A stretch of DNA of 64,000 nt from Candidatus Sumerlaeia bacterium (GCA_033764015.1 JANRJK010000036.1:1-64000), one strand, 5' to 3'. Positions 1-10,515 are shown, numbered from the stretch's first letter. The notes: generated from the letters alone by a model not told the origin. Made by a program: numbers and translations.

Positions 1-600
1 GGACTGCGTGGTGCGGACCGCCGGGGCGAGCAGGGCGCCCGCCGCCACGCCTTCGCGGGCGTTCGAGGAGAGCGTTCCGTTTGCTGCCCTTACCGACACC
101 TTCGCCTCGTCCCAGACCCGGAGCTGCGCCGATCCGTCCGCCTCGCGCGAGTGGATCGTCGGCACACCGTAGGGACTGTACTCATACGCCTCGACGGGCT
201 TCAACCCATAAACGCGCGGCAACTGGCCGGAACCGCCGCCGGGAGGGGCGTAAAGCGCCATGACCTGCGAGCCGTCCGAAAGCAGCACCTCGGCCTCGCC
301 GACGGTGCCGGTCTCCTGCACCACCACCGCGCCAGAGGGGTCCTCCGCGACAACGCCGCGCTCGCGCGTTTGGATCGACAGCGAGTTCGCTCCGCCGACG
401 ACGAAGTCGGTGGCCTTGCCCTCGGGGCTCTCCAGAGAGACCGACGTGGAATTGTCCGACATGAGGACGCCGTCGCGCGTCGAGCCCACCACCACCGACG
501 CCGTGTTGTCGGTGAACGCCACCAAGGGGGTTCTGGGAGGTGGGTACGGTGAAGGGTGGATGTTCGCCTTCCCCCCGGTCTGGTAGCCGACGCTTGGGGG
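1..600 (-). CDS. Partial CDS running off the window's left edge; Rhs-core-like protein (start uncertain, frame open to at least 717)
   Basis: Manual translation of the minus strand is open from at least 717 to base 1. It contains LVAFTDNTASVV and VEAYEYSPYGVPTI, resembling the Rhs core motif ERYEYDPYG. It is absent from the ORF track because its stop lies outside the window. Confidence 0.5.
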
Positions 601-715
601 CCTGACTTCCTCCGAACGCGCGGGCAATGCGCAGCGTTCGGTCTCGAGAATCGACCGCGCGCCTTCCAACCTTGCGGCCGGTGCCGACACTACGTTGCAC
701 GTGGAGGTTCGCAGC

Positions 716-2479
716 ATGGTATCGAAGCGGATGGAGCGCCCGGCGGAGCGCTGGCGGAGACGGCTGGTGGTCCTGGCGGCGCTGCTGGTTGTGCCGATCG
801 CGGTGGGGATCTATCTGGCCCGCGTGGCAAGCGCCCCCACGGGTCTCGGCGGGGCGCTCCGCGAGCGGACGGCGCGGTTCGAGGAGGTGGCGGAGCGCTA
901 CCGCTCCGGCCCGGCGACGCCTCCCTCGGCGCAGACGACGCGAAGTGCGCCACCGACCCCGTCGTCCGCCGCACCGCCGACCCTGAGCTTGGCCGCGGCG
1001 GAGAGCCTAGCCTTCGAGACGGTGCTGGTGGCCTCGCCGGGCGCGGGTGGCAGCCCATCCGCGACGATGCCCGTTGAGATTCCGTATGCGGATAGCGCCG
1101 TGCAGACCATCCGCGCAGGCGACCCGCCATTGGGCACGGCGCAGGTCTTGGTTTCGGCCCTCAGGATTTTCGAAGTTCCGGAGCCGGCGCCCGGGATGGC
1201 GGAGGTCGGGTTCCCGATCACGGGAGAATCGTTCCGGGGGGCTTCCGCCGAGCCGCGCACGACCCAGCCGATCCTCCCCCGGGTGACCGATTGGGACCGG
1301 TGGTTCGCGGAGACCGGCGCGCAGCCAGTACCGGTCGAGGTGTTGTGCGGGGACGTGTTCGCCGATTTCCTGGCGGCCTCCGCCGCGTTGGAGGTGTTCG
1401 GCGATCCGTGGTCGGCGGCGGTTCAAGCGCCGCGGGAGCTCTTGTGGCGGACCGCGCAAGGCGCCGCGGCGCTCCACGCGGCGGTGGGGGGCGCGACCGG
1501 GCGCCGGGGCCTCGCGGAGCTGCGCGGGGAGTTGGCGCGGCTGCACGGGGCGATGTTCGCGGCGGCGCGGCTGCACGATGCGGCGGTGGCGCGCGAGCTG
1601 TACGTGCGGGCCGTCCTGCTCGAGGCGGACGTGTTCCGCTTGTGGGACGCGGAAGTCGACGCGCTGCACCGGGGCATCGAGTCGCTGAACCCGACGGACG
1701 ACGAGCTGGAGGCGGCGTCCGTGGTCGCGGGGCTGCGCGCGGTGGAGCGGCAGTCGGAGTACCTCCGCGCGGTGGAGCTCGGCCACGCGGAGGAGCGGTT
1801 CCGCGAGTTCTTCCTGGACGGGCTGCTCGCGCGCGCATCGCGCCGCCTGGTTCGGGGCGCGCTGGTGAGCGAAATCGAGCGGGCCCAGGTTGCGAGGCTT
1901 GAGGGACGCGAAGGCGACGCGTTGGCGCACGAGCGCCGCGTCGGGCGGCTCTGCAAGGCGGCGAACGCCCGCCCGCCCGTCTTCCTGGACGGCGACCGCT
2001 TCGCTCGGTTCGCGAGGGCCACCGGGCCCGTGTTTCCCGGCGCGCTCGTTCCGATGTATCCCTCCGCGAGCGAAGCAGGGGCGATGCTGGGGATGCCGGA
2101 GGCGTTGCGCGCCCGCCTGCTGCTCGAGTTGTTCGCGGAACGGGCGCGGACCGGGCGCCTGCCGGCCAGCGTGCCCACCGAAAGGATGCGGGCGATCCTC
2201 GAGGAGCCGCGCTACTCGGTGGCGTCCTACCGACTGGAGATGGACTCGCTGCGCCGGCAGGACAGCCCTGTCTCCGGGGCTGGCGATTGGAACTCGAAGG
2301 AGGTCCTGACGATCTTCACGCCGGTTGCGGGGTCGGAGCAGCAACGGCTCGCGGATTGGAACGGCGCGGTGCCGGAGGGCGCCGGGATCCGTAGCGTTTC
2401 CATCTCCCTGGCGCCGGTGTCCATGCCGGAACTGCGGACGCTGGTGGAGGCGCTCCGCCGGGCGGAGGGGACGCCGTAG
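716..2479 (+). CDS. Membrane-anchored hypothetical protein (paralog of 57090..58856)
   Basis: ATG at 716 follows GGAGG at 703-707. N-terminal TM segment RRLVVLAALLVVPIAVGIYLA. Shares sequence blocks with 57090..58856. Confidence 0.75.
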   Translation: MVSKRMERPAERWRRRLVVLAALLVVPIAVGIYLARVASAPTGLGGALRERTARFEEVAERYRSGPATPPSAQTTRSAPPTPSSAAPPTLSLAAAESLAFETVLVASPGAGGSPSATMPVEIPYADSAVQTIRAGDPPLGTAQVLVSALRIFEVPEPAPGMAEVGFPITGESFRGASAEPRTTQPILPRVTDWDRWFAETGAQPVPVEVLCGDVFADFLAASAALEVFGDPWSAAVQAPRELLWRTAQGAAALHAAVGGATGRRGLAELRGELARLHGAMFAAARLHDAAVARELYVRAVLLEADVFRLWDAEVDALHRGIESLNPTDDELEAASVVAGLRAVERQSEYLRAVELGHAEERFREFFLDGLLARASRRLVRGALVSEIERAQVARLEGREGDALAHERRVGRLCKAANARPPVFLDGDRFARFARATGPVFPGALVPMYPSASEAGAMLGMPEALRARLLLELFAERARTGRLPASVPTERMRAILEEPRYSVASYRLEMDSLRRQDSPVSGAGDWNSKEVLTIFTPVAGSEQQRLADWNGAVPEGAGIRSVSISLAPVSMPELRTLVEALRRAEGTP

Positions 2480-2484
2480 CGCCG

Positions 2485-2742
2485 CTACTCCTCGAAAGGT
2501 TCCTCGACGAGCGCGCCGTCGGTGGCTTCGCGGATCTGGACGATCTGCTCTTCGAGCGCCTGCAGGCGGGTGAGGCAGGCCGCGCCGAGGAGGCGGCCCT
2601 CGCGGTAGAGCGCGATGGACTCCTCGAGCGCGGTGTCCTCGCTTTCGAGCTTCTCGACGATGGCGTCGAGGCGGGTGAGGGCCTCGTCGAGGGGGAGCTT
2701 GTCGTAGCCGGTGGGTTCGGCGGCGGTTTTCTTTCGGGGCAC
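2485..2742 (-). CDS. xseB: Exodeoxyribonuclease VII small subunit
   Basis: LDEALTRLDAIVEKLESEDTALEESIALYREG matches the XseB pattern. GTG start at 2742 with a GGAG RBS. Confidence 0.9.
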   Translation of the reverse strand: MPRKKTAAEPTGYDKLPLDEALTRLDAIVEKLESEDTALEESIALYREGRLLGAACLTRLQALEEQIVQIREATDGALVEEPFEE

Positions 2743-2876
2743 GGCGCGGCTCCGCGGTTCGGTTCGTTCCAGCGTGGGGCGGCGGCGCACCGCTTCAACC
2801 GGAAAGCGCGCTTGCCGCGCGGGGCTTGCGCGGAGAGCATGCGGTCGCAATCACACGCCACCGCGAGAGCGCCCCG

Positions 2877-4547
2877 ATGAGCACCACGCCGCAGCCGAAC
2901 GACGCCGAGATCGCACGGAGCGCCGCGGCGCTGCCGATGGAGCGGGTGGCCGCCAAGGCGGGCCTCGGGCCCGAGCACATCGAGCCCTTCGGCCGCGGCA
3001 AGGCGAAGCTGACGCGCGAGGCGGCGGCGCACCTCTCGGGCCGGCCGGACGGGAAGCTGATCCTGGTGACGGCGATCAACCCGACGCCGGCGGGCGAGGG
3101 GAAGACGGTCACCACCATCGGACTCGGGCAGGCGCTGGCGAAGTCCGGCCGGTCGAGCGTGGTCTGCATCCGCCAACCAAGCCTAGGTCCGATCTTCGGC
3201 GTGAAGGGAGGCGCCACCGGGGGCGGCTACGCGCAGGTGGTGCCGCGCGAGGACATCGACCTGCACTTCACCGGCGACTTCCACGCGGTGACGGCTGCGA
3301 ACAACCTGCTCGCCGCCTGCGCGGACAACGTGGTGCATTTCGGCAACTACCTGCACATCGACCGCATCGTGTGGCGCCGCGTGATGGACCTCTGCGACCG
3401 CCAGCTCCGCGAGATCGAGGTTGGCCTGGGCGGGCGGGCGAACGGCTGGCCGCACCGGACGGGCTTCGACATCACGGCGGCGAGCGAGGTGATGGCGGTG
3501 CTCGCGCTGGCGGAGAGCCTCGCGGACCTGGAGGCCCGCCTCGAGCGCATCGTGGTCGGCTACCGCGGCGACGGCGACCCGGTCTTCGCGGGACAGGTGG
3601 GGTGCGTCGGCGCGATGATGGCGCTGCTGCGCGACGCCATCCGCCCGAACCTGGTGCAGACGCTGGAGGGCACGCCGGCGCTGGTGCACTGCGGCCCCTT
3701 CGGCAACATCGCGCACGGCTGCAGCAGCGTGATCGCGACGCGGCTGGGCCTCAAGATGGCGGACTACGTGGTGACGGAGGCGGGCTTCGGGGCCGACCTC
3801 GGCGCGGAGAAGTTCCTGCACATCAAGTGCCGCCAGGCGCGCCTGGCCCCGGCGGCCGCGGTGCTGGTCGCCTCGTGCCGCGCCCTGCGGATGCACGGGC
3901 TGCAGGACGGCGAATCCGACCGCGTCGCTGCGCTGCGCCGCGGCTGCGCCAACCTCGCGACGCACGCGGAGAACCTCGCGAAGTTCGGAGTCCCGGTCGT
4001 GGTCGCGGTGAACCGATTCGCGGACGACACGGCGGAGGAGCTGGACGCGCTGCGCGGCTTCGCCGCGCAGCTCGGCCTGCCGTGCGCCATGAACGAAGTG
4101 CACGCGCGCGGCGGCGAGGGCGGCCTGGCGCTCGCGGAGGAGGTCGCCCGCGCCGCGGAGTCGCGCCCCGCGAAGGTCGAGTTCCTCTACAGCGCGCTCG
4201 CTCCCCTGCGCGAAAAGATCGAGACCGTGGCCCGCGAGGTGTACCGCGCGGACGGCGTCGACTTCGACGACGCGGCGGTGGCGTCGATGGAGCTGCTCGA
4301 GCGCAACGGCCACTCGCACCTGCCGGTCTGCATGGCGAAGACGCAGTCCTCGCTGAGCGACGATCCGAAGCGCCCCGGCGCGCCGCGCGGGTGGCGCCTC
4401 CACGTGCGCGACCTCAAGGTGTCGAATGGCGCGGGCTTCGTGGTGGTCTTCTGCGGAAAGATCAATCTGATGCCCGGCATGCCGGAGCACGGCAACGTCG
4501 AGGACATCCGCCTCGATCCGGTCGGCGAAGTGATCGGCCTCGTGTAG
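2877..4547 (+). CDS. fhs: Formate--tetrahydrofolate ligase
   Basis: Motifs TAINPTPAGEGKT, KGGATGGGYAQV, LHFTGDFHA, GPFGNIAHG, TEAGFGADLGAEKF and CMAKTQSSLSDDP. Confidence 0.97.
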   Translation: MSTTPQPNDAEIARSAAALPMERVAAKAGLGPEHIEPFGRGKAKLTREAAAHLSGRPDGKLILVTAINPTPAGEGKTVTTIGLGQALAKSGRSSVVCIRQPSLGPIFGVKGGATGGGYAQVVPREDIDLHFTGDFHAVTAANNLLAACADNVVHFGNYLHIDRIVWRRVMDLCDRQLREIEVGLGGRANGWPHRTGFDITAASEVMAVLALAESLADLEARLERIVVGYRGDGDPVFAGQVGCVGAMMALLRDAIRPNLVQTLEGTPALVHCGPFGNIAHGCSSVIATRLGLKMADYVVTEAGFGADLGAEKFLHIKCRQARLAPAAAVLVASCRALRMHGLQDGESDRVAALRRGCANLATHAENLAKFGVPVVVAVNRFADDTAEELDALRGFAAQLGLPCAMNEVHARGGEGGLALAEEVARAAESRPAKVEFLYSALAPLREKIETVAREVYRADGVDFDDAAVASMELLERNGHSHLPVCMAKTQSSLSDDPKRPGAPRGWRLHVRDLKVSNGAGFVVVFCGKINLMPGMPEHGNVEDIRLDPVGEVIGLV

Positions 4548-4555
4548 CCGCCGAG

Positions 4556-4585
4556 GGCCCCGCGGAGCGCGCGCTCCGCGGGGCC
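4556..4585. terminator. Perfect 30-bp palindrome between convergent genes (probable bidirectional terminator hairpin)
   Basis: ggccccgcggagcgc|gcgctccgcggggcc, lying between the stops of fhs and the adhesin gene. Confidence 0.6.
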
Positions 4586-4596
4586 ATCCCGCGCGT

Positions 4597-7500
4597 TCAG
4601 CGGTCGAACAAGGACCAGTCCTCGACCGTCGCGTTGTTGTTCCCGACCCAGAACGTGCTGAAGGAGCCGATCCCAGCGGCGACCACCGGGATCGCTCCGG
4701 GCGTCACGGCGTACTGCCCGACCTGCGTCTGGCCGTCGAACTGGAACACCGTGTCGAACGGCGTGGCCAGTCCGTCGTCGTTCGCCGGATCGAGGGGCCA
4801 CTCGAGTTCGAACGTCGCGCCGAAGGTCTCGCCCGAGATCGTCAGGAACTCATCGGCGAGGCGGTCCGCCCCGAAGGCCGGCGATGGCGACGCGTCGCCC
4901 ACGCCGCGCGACACCGTCAGCGTCGCGTTCTGGAAGAGGTTGGTCGCCGTCAGTAGCACGTCGATGTCGTCCGTCATCGGAAAGATCGCGGTACCGTTTC
5001 CTGCGAGGTCGAACACGAAAGGGCTGTTCTCCGTGAGGTTGACGAAGACCGAGCCGATCCGCACGTCGGGCTCGATCGGGAACGACTCGGTGTTTCCCGC
5101 GAAGTCCGTCGCCACGACGGCGAACCGGTAGAGGCCGTCGCCACTTTCTGACAAGTCCGAGGGCGTGTACGAGATGGTGCCGCCGGTCGCGGTGCCGACC
5201 AGCGCATACCCCTGTCCTTCGCGCTTCGCGAAGAGCTGCACCTGGGCGATGCCGACGCCGCCCGCGTCGCTCGCGGTGTACGCCGCCGTGATGGGAACGC
5301 CCGCCTGCGTGACGTTCGCGACGATGACGGAGGAGGCCGGCGCCACGCGGTCTAGCGTGGTGAGCCTCGTATTCGAAACCGCGTTGCCATTGCCCGCGGC
5401 GTCGGCGGCGCTGCCGGCCGGGAGCACCAGCGACTTCGCGCCGTCGCCGCCGGTGAGCGTGACATCGACGGTGTACGCGGCGCCGCTGCCCTGCAGGTTC
5501 GAAAGCGTGATGCCGCTCGCCGTGAAATCGCCGAGCGCAAGGCCGGTCACCGGCTCGCTGAACGTCACCGCGACGCCGGGGAACGACGTCTGGTTGGTCG
5601 CGCTGGGGATCGCGCCGATCACCGCCGTGGGAGCGACCCGGTCCAGCGTGATGGCCACGACCGCCGACGCGGCGTTGCCATTGCCCGCGGCGTCCGTCGC
5701 CCGGTCCTGCGGCAGGGAGAACGACTTCGCGCCGTCGCCGCCGGTGAGCGTGACGTCGACGGTGTAAGCCGCGCCGCTGCCCTGCAGGTCCGAAAGCGAA
5801 ACGCCCGACACAGAGAAGTCGCCGAGCGCCAATCCCGCCACCGGCTCGCTGAAGCTTACCGTCACGTCGTTGAAGGAGGTCTGGTTCGTCGCCGGCGGCA
5901 ATGCGCCGAACGCAACCGTCGGCCGCGAAGCGTCGAGCGTGGTCGAAGCCGTGTTCGACTGGAGGTTGCCGTTCGTCGCAGCGTCTGCCGCCCGGTCCGC
6001 CGGCAGGAAGAACGACTTCGCGCCGTCGCCGCCGGTGAGCGTGACGTCGACGGTGTACGCCGCGCCACTGCCCTGGAGGTTCGAGAGCGTGATGCCGCTC
6101 GTCGAGAAGTCGCCGAGCGCGAGGCCGGTGACTGCCTCGCTGAACGTCACCGAGACGCCCGCGAAGAACGTCTGGTTCGTAAGCGCCGGAAGCGCCGCGA
6201 TGGTCGCCGTGGATCCTGTCGCGTCGTAGGTCGTCGTCACGGTGTTGGAGGCGACGTTCGGCGCGAGGCTGGCGCTTTGGGCGACACCCGCCGGCAGCGA
6301 GAACGACTTGGCTCCGTCGCCGCCGGTGATCGTCGCATCGACCGTGTAGTTCGCCCCGCCCCCCTGAAGGTCGGAGACGGTGATACCGCTCGACAGGAAG
6401 TCACCTAGCGCGAGGCCCGTGACCGGTTCGCTAAAGGTGATCGAGAGGTTGTCGAAGAACGTCTGGTTCGTCGTTGCCGGGAGCGCCGCGATCAGCACCG
6501 TCGGCTGCGTGGTTTGGAGCGTCGTGCTCGCAGTGTTCGACTGGAGGTTGCCGTTCGTCGCCGCGTCGAACGCGGAGTCCGCCGGCAGGAAGAACGACTT
6601 CGCGCCGTCGCCGCCGGTCAGCGTGACATCGACGGTGTACGCCGCGCCGCTGCCCTGGAGGTTAGCGAGCGTGATGCCGCTCGTCGAGAAGTCGCCGAGC
6701 GCGAGGCCCGTGACTGCTTCGCTGAAGGTCACCGATACGCCCGCGAAGAAGGTCTGGTTCGTCAGCGCGGGCATCGCCGCGATAATCGCTGTCGGGCGCG
6801 AGGCGTCCAGCGTCGTGCTCGCGGTGTTCGACAAGAGGTTGCCGTTCGTCGCCGCGTCTGCCGCCCGGTCCGCTGGCAGGAAGAACGACTTCGCGCCGTC
6901 GCCGCCGGTCAGCGTGACGTCGACGGTGTAGGCCGCGCCGCTGCCCTGGAGGTTGCCGAGCGTGATGCCGCTCGTCGAGAAGTCGCCGAGCGCCAAGCCC
7001 GTAACCGTCTCGCTTAACGTCACAGCGATGCCCGGGAACGAGGTCTGGTTCGTCAGCGCCGGCAGCGCCGCGATAGTCGCTGTCGGGCGCGAAGCGTCCA
7101 GCGTCGTGCTCGCGGTGTTCGACAAGAGGTTGCCGTTCGTCGCCGCGTCGAACGCAGAATCCGCGGGCAGGAAGAACGACTTCGCGCCGTCGCCGCCGGT
7201 CAGCGTGACGTCGACGGTGTAGGCCGCGCCGCTGCCCTGGAGGTTACCGAGCGTGATGCCGCTCGTCGAGAAGTCGCCGAGCGCCAGGCCCGTAACCGTC
7301 TCGCTGAACGTCACAGCGATGCCCGGGAATGAGGTCTGGTTCGTCAGCGCGGGCAACGCCGCGATACTCGCTGTCGGGCGCGAAGCGTCCAGCGTGGTCG
7401 AAGCGGTGTTTGACAAGAGGTTGCCGTTCGTCGCCGCGTCGAACGCAGAATCCGCGGGCAGGAAGAACGACTTCGCGCCGTCGCCGCCGGTCAGCGTGAC

Positions 7501-10500
7501 GTCGACGGTGTAGGCCGCGCCGCTGCCCTGGAGGTTCGAGAGCGTGATGCCGCTCGTCGAGAAGTCGCCGAGCGCGAGGCCGGTCACCCCTTCGCTGAAC
7601 GTGACGGCGACGCCCGCGAAGAACGTCTGGTTCGTCAGCGCGGGCAGCGCCGCGATGGTCGCTGTTGGGCGCGAGGCGTCCAGCGTCGTGCTCGCCGTGT
7701 TCGACAAGAGGTTACCGTTCGTCGCGGCATCGAACGCGGAATCCGCCGGTAGGAAGAACGACTTCGCGCCGTCGCCGCCGGTCAGCGTGACGTCGACAGT
7801 GTACGCCGCGCCGCTGCCCTGCAGGTTCGAAAGCGTGATGCCGCTCGTCGAGAAGTCGCCGAGCGCGAGGCCCGTGACTGCTTCGCTGAACGTCACAGCG
7901 ATGCCCGGGAACGAGGTCTGGTTCGTCAGCGCCGGGAGGGAGCCGATGGTGACCGTCGGGGCGCTCGGGAAGAAGGTAGTGAGAACGGTGTTGGAAGCTG
8001 CGTTCGGGTTGCCGGCCCCGTCGAAGGCGCTTCCGGCCGGGAGCAGGAATGTCTTGATGCCGGCGCCCCCGGTGAGGGTGGCATCGACGGTGTAAGTGGC
8101 GCCGGATCCCTGCAGGTTCGAGAGGCTCACCCCGCTCGTGGTGAAGTCGCCGAGTCCGAGCCCGGTGACCGCTTCGCTGAAGTCCACGGCGATGCCGGGG
8201 AAGAAGGTCTGGCTGGTCGCGGGCGGAAGCGCGCCGATCAGCACAGTGGGCTGCGACTGGTCGAGTGTGGTACTCGCCGTGTTGGAAACGAGGTTGCCGT
8301 TGCTGGCCGCGTCGAGCGCCGAGCTGGCAGGGAGGAAGAAGAACTTCGCGCCGTCGCCGCCGGTCAGCGTGACGTCGACCGTGTAGGCCGCGCCGCTTCC
8401 CTGCAGGTTGCCGAGCGTGATGCCGCTCGTCGAGAAGTCGCCGAGTGCGAGTCCTGTCACTACCTCGCTGAACGTCACCGATATGCCTGCGAAGAACGTC
8501 TGGTTGGTCAGCCCCGGAAGCGCCGCGATGGTCGCAGTCGGCCCTGAGACGTCGTAGGTGGTCGAGGCGGTGTTCGAGGCCGCATTGCCGTTCGAGGCCG
8601 CGTCGAACGCGGAATCGAGCGGGAGCGTGAACGACTTGGGGCCTTCGCCACCGGTGAGCGCCACGTCCACCGTGTAGGCGGCGCCGCTGCCTTGGAGGTT
8701 CGAGAGGACGATGCCGCTTGTCGAGAAGTCGGAGAGGTCGAGGCCCGTGACCGGCTCGCCGAAAGTGACCGCGACTCCCGGAAATGATGTCAGGCTGGTC
8801 GGCGATGGGAGCAGCGCGATGGTGGCGGTCGGACGCGAGGCGTCTAGCGTGGTGCTTGAGGCGTTCGACTGAAGGTTCCCATTGGATGCGGGGTCGAACG
8901 CCGAATCCGCGGGCAGGAAGAACGACTTCGCGCCGTCGCCGCCGGTGAGCGTGACGTCGACCGTGTAGCTGTCGCCGCTGCCCTGGAGGTTGCCGAGCGT
9001 GATTCCACTCGTCGAGAAGTCGCCGAGCGCCAGGCCGGTGACCGCTTCGCTGAAGCTGACGGAGATGCCTGCGAAGAAGGTCTGGTTGGTCAGTGCTGGA
9101 AGCGCCGCGATGGTCGCGGTGGGTGGTGTGGTGTCGGCGAACTGGAAAATGTAGGCGCGCCCTGATTGGATCGGGCTGGCGCCGGGGTCCTCACCCGAGG
9201 CGCCCACGCCGTACTCCGGGCGCCCGTCGCCGGTGATGTCGGGGACGTCGGTGACCACGATGGCGAAGACGCCCCCGGCCTCCTCGTTCGGGGAGGTCGA
9301 CGTGTCGAGCACGACGCCATCCGTGGCGCTGAACAGATAGACGGTGCCCGCGGTGACGGGCCGGGAGCCGCCGCCCTCGCCGAACGCGCCGACGAGCACA
9401 TCGCCGCGCCCGTCGCCGTTCATGTCGGCGATCCCGGAAACCGCCGCAGCGAAGCGCCCGCCGCTGGTCTCGTTCGGCGAGGCGAGGCTGCGGACGAAGG
9501 CGCCGGTCGCGCCGTTGAAAAGGTGGGCGCGCCCCGCGGAGCTCGGAGAAGCTCCCGGGTCTTCACCGTAGGAGCCGATCACGACGTCGCCGAGTCCGTC
9601 GCCGGTGAAGTCGTCCAGTCCGTCGAGCGCGAAGCCGAACCGCCCGTTCGCTTGCGGCGTCGGCGACAGGAAAGTGCGCAACAGCGCCCCGGTGGCGCCG
9701 TTGTACAGGTAGGCGCGCCCGGCCCCAATGGTTCCGCTCGGGTCCTCGTTGGAGGCGCCGACCAGGACATCGGGAATCCCGTCTCCGGTCACGTCCGGCA
9801 CCGGGGAAATGGCGCTGCCGAACACCCCGGAGACCCGGGGGGTCGGCGAGGCGAAGGTTCTCAGCACAGCGCCGGTGGCGCCGCTCAGGAGGTAGGCTTG
9901 CCCCGAGCCCGCGATCCCTCCGGGCGCCTCCCCGGAGGCGCCGACGAGCACATCGCCGAAGCCGTCGCCGTTGACGTCGCCGATCCCCGCGACGGAGCCG
10001 CCGAAGCGTCCGAATTCGGACTCGTTCCCCGAGCGCAGCGTGCGGATGAAAACACCCGTCGCCCCGTTGAACAAGTGCACGCGCCCGCAGCCGTCGGGGC
10101 TGCCCGTGGTTCCGTTTTCGTTGCTCGCGCCCACGGCGACATCCCACACGCCGTCGCCGGTCACATCGGGAATGGCGGCGACCGCGACGCCGAAGATGCC
10201 GGTCTCCTTGGGGGTCGGCGAGACAAGCGTGTGGATCACCGCGCCGGTGAAGCCGTTCATCACGTAGGCCCGTCCCTCGTTGTCGATCGCGCCGCCGGGA
10301 TCCTCCTGGCGCGCACCGAGCACGAAGTCCCCGCGACCGTCGCCGTTCACGTCGGGAATTCCACTGATCGCTCGACCGAACTCGCCGTTCGTCTCCTCGT
10401 TGGGAGATTGAAGGGGGGTGACGAGGGAACCCGCCTGCGACGAAACAGAAGCAACGAGCGCCAGGCCGGCCGCGAAGATCGCTCGCAAGCATTGCCTCGG

Positions 10501-10515
10501 ACTGTGGGGGGTCAT
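4597..10515 (-). CDS. Large secreted adhesin-like protein: signal peptide, FG-GAP/integrin-alpha beta-propeller, 13 tandem Ig-like (Big) repeats, C-terminal domain ending VEDWSLFDR
   Basis: About seven FG...DxxGDG..D...GA repeats, followed by 97-aa repeats (PTATIAALP...VTFSE.VTGL.LGDF...GN..SN). Confidence 0.9.
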   Translation of the reverse strand: MTPHSPRQCLRAIFAAGLALVASVSSQAGSLVTPLQSPNEETNGEFGRAISGIPDVNGDGRGDFVLGARQEDPGGAIDNEGRAYVMNGFTGAVIHTLVSPTPKETGIFGVAVAAIPDVTGDGVWDVAVGASNENGTTGSPDGCGRVHLFNGATGVFIRTLRSGNESEFGRFGGSVAGIGDVNGDGFGDVLVGASGEAPGGIAGSGQAYLLSGATGAVLRTFASPTPRVSGVFGSAISPVPDVTGDGIPDVLVGASNEDPSGTIGAGRAYLYNGATGALLRTFLSPTPQANGRFGFALDGLDDFTGDGLGDVVIGSYGEDPGASPSSAGRAHLFNGATGAFVRSLASPNETSGGRFAAAVSGIADMNGDGRGDVLVGAFGEGGGSRPVTAGTVYLFSATDGVVLDTSTSPNEEAGGVFAIVVTDVPDITGDGRPEYGVGASGEDPGASPIQSGRAYIFQFADTTPPTATIAALPALTNQTFFAGISVSFSEAVTGLALGDFSTSGITLGNLQGSGDSYTVDVTLTGGDGAKSFFLPADSAFDPASNGNLQSNASSTTLDASRPTATIALLPSPTSLTSFPGVAVTFGEPVTGLDLSDFSTSGIVLSNLQGSGAAYTVDVALTGGEGPKSFTLPLDSAFDAASNGNAASNTASTTYDVSGPTATIAALPGLTNQTFFAGISVTFSEVVTGLALGDFSTSGITLGNLQGSGAAYTVDVTLTGGDGAKFFFLPASSALDAASNGNLVSNTASTTLDQSQPTVLIGALPPATSQTFFPGIAVDFSEAVTGLGLGDFTTSGVSLSNLQGSGATYTVDATLTGGAGIKTFLLPAGSAFDGAGNPNAASNTVLTTFFPSAPTVTIGSLPALTNQTSFPGIAVTFSEAVTGLALGDFSTSGITLSNLQGSGAAYTVDVTLTGGDGAKSFFLPADSAFDAATNGNLLSNTASTTLDASRPTATIAALPALTNQTFFAGVAVTFSEGVTGLALGDFSTSGITLSNLQGSGAAYTVDVTLTGGDGAKSFFLPADSAFDAATNGNLLSNTASTTLDASRPTASIAALPALTNQTSFPGIAVTFSETVTGLALGDFSTSGITLGNLQGSGAAYTVDVTLTGGDGAKSFFLPADSAFDAATNGNLLSNTASTTLDASRPTATIAALPALTNQTSFPGIAVTLSETVTGLALGDFSTSGITLGNLQGSGAAYTVDVTLTGGDGAKSFFLPADRAADAATNGNLLSNTASTTLDASRPTAIIAAMPALTNQTFFAGVSVTFSEAVTGLALGDFSTSGITLANLQGSGAAYTVDVTLTGGDGAKSFFLPADSAFDAATNGNLQSNTASTTLQTTQPTVLIAALPATTNQTFFDNLSITFSEPVTGLALGDFLSSGITVSDLQGGGANYTVDATITGGDGAKSFSLPAGVAQSASLAPNVASNTVTTTYDATGSTATIAALPALTNQTFFAGVSVTFSEAVTGLALGDFSTSGITLSNLQGSGAAYTVDVTLTGGDGAKSFFLPADRAADAATNGNLQSNTASTTLDASRPTVAFGALPPATNQTSFNDVTVSFSEPVAGLALGDFSVSGVSLSDLQGSGAAYTVDVTLTGGDGAKSFSLPQDRATDAAGNGNAASAVVAITLDRVAPTAVIGAIPSATNQTSFPGVAVTFSEPVTGLALGDFTASGITLSNLQGSGAAYTVDVTLTGGDGAKSLVLPAGSAADAAGNGNAVSNTRLTTLDRVAPASSVIVANVTQAGVPITAAYTASDAGGVGIAQVQLFAKREGQGYALVGTATGGTISYTPSDLSESGDGLYRFAVVATDFAGNTESFPIEPDVRIGSVFVNLTENSPFVFDLAGNGTAIFPMTDDIDVLLTATNLFQNATLTVSRGVGDASPSPAFGADRLADEFLTISGETFGATFELEWPLDPANDDGLATPFDTVFQFDGQTQVGQYAVTPGAIPVVAAGIGSFSTFWVGNNNATVEDWSLFDR
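5353..9135 (-). repeat. Tandem array of 13 x 291-bp coding repeats (Ig-like domains)
   Basis: The motif cagcgtgacgtcgac recurs at 291-bp spacing (6910, 7201, 7492, 7783). The span 5353..9135 is exactly 13 x 291 bp. Confidence 0.9.

Noticed and set aside
5353..9135. Regularly spaced repeats as a CRISPR array or DGR template
   Set aside because: These are in-frame 291-bp coding repeats with no unique spacers, and no cas or reverse transcriptase gene is in the window.
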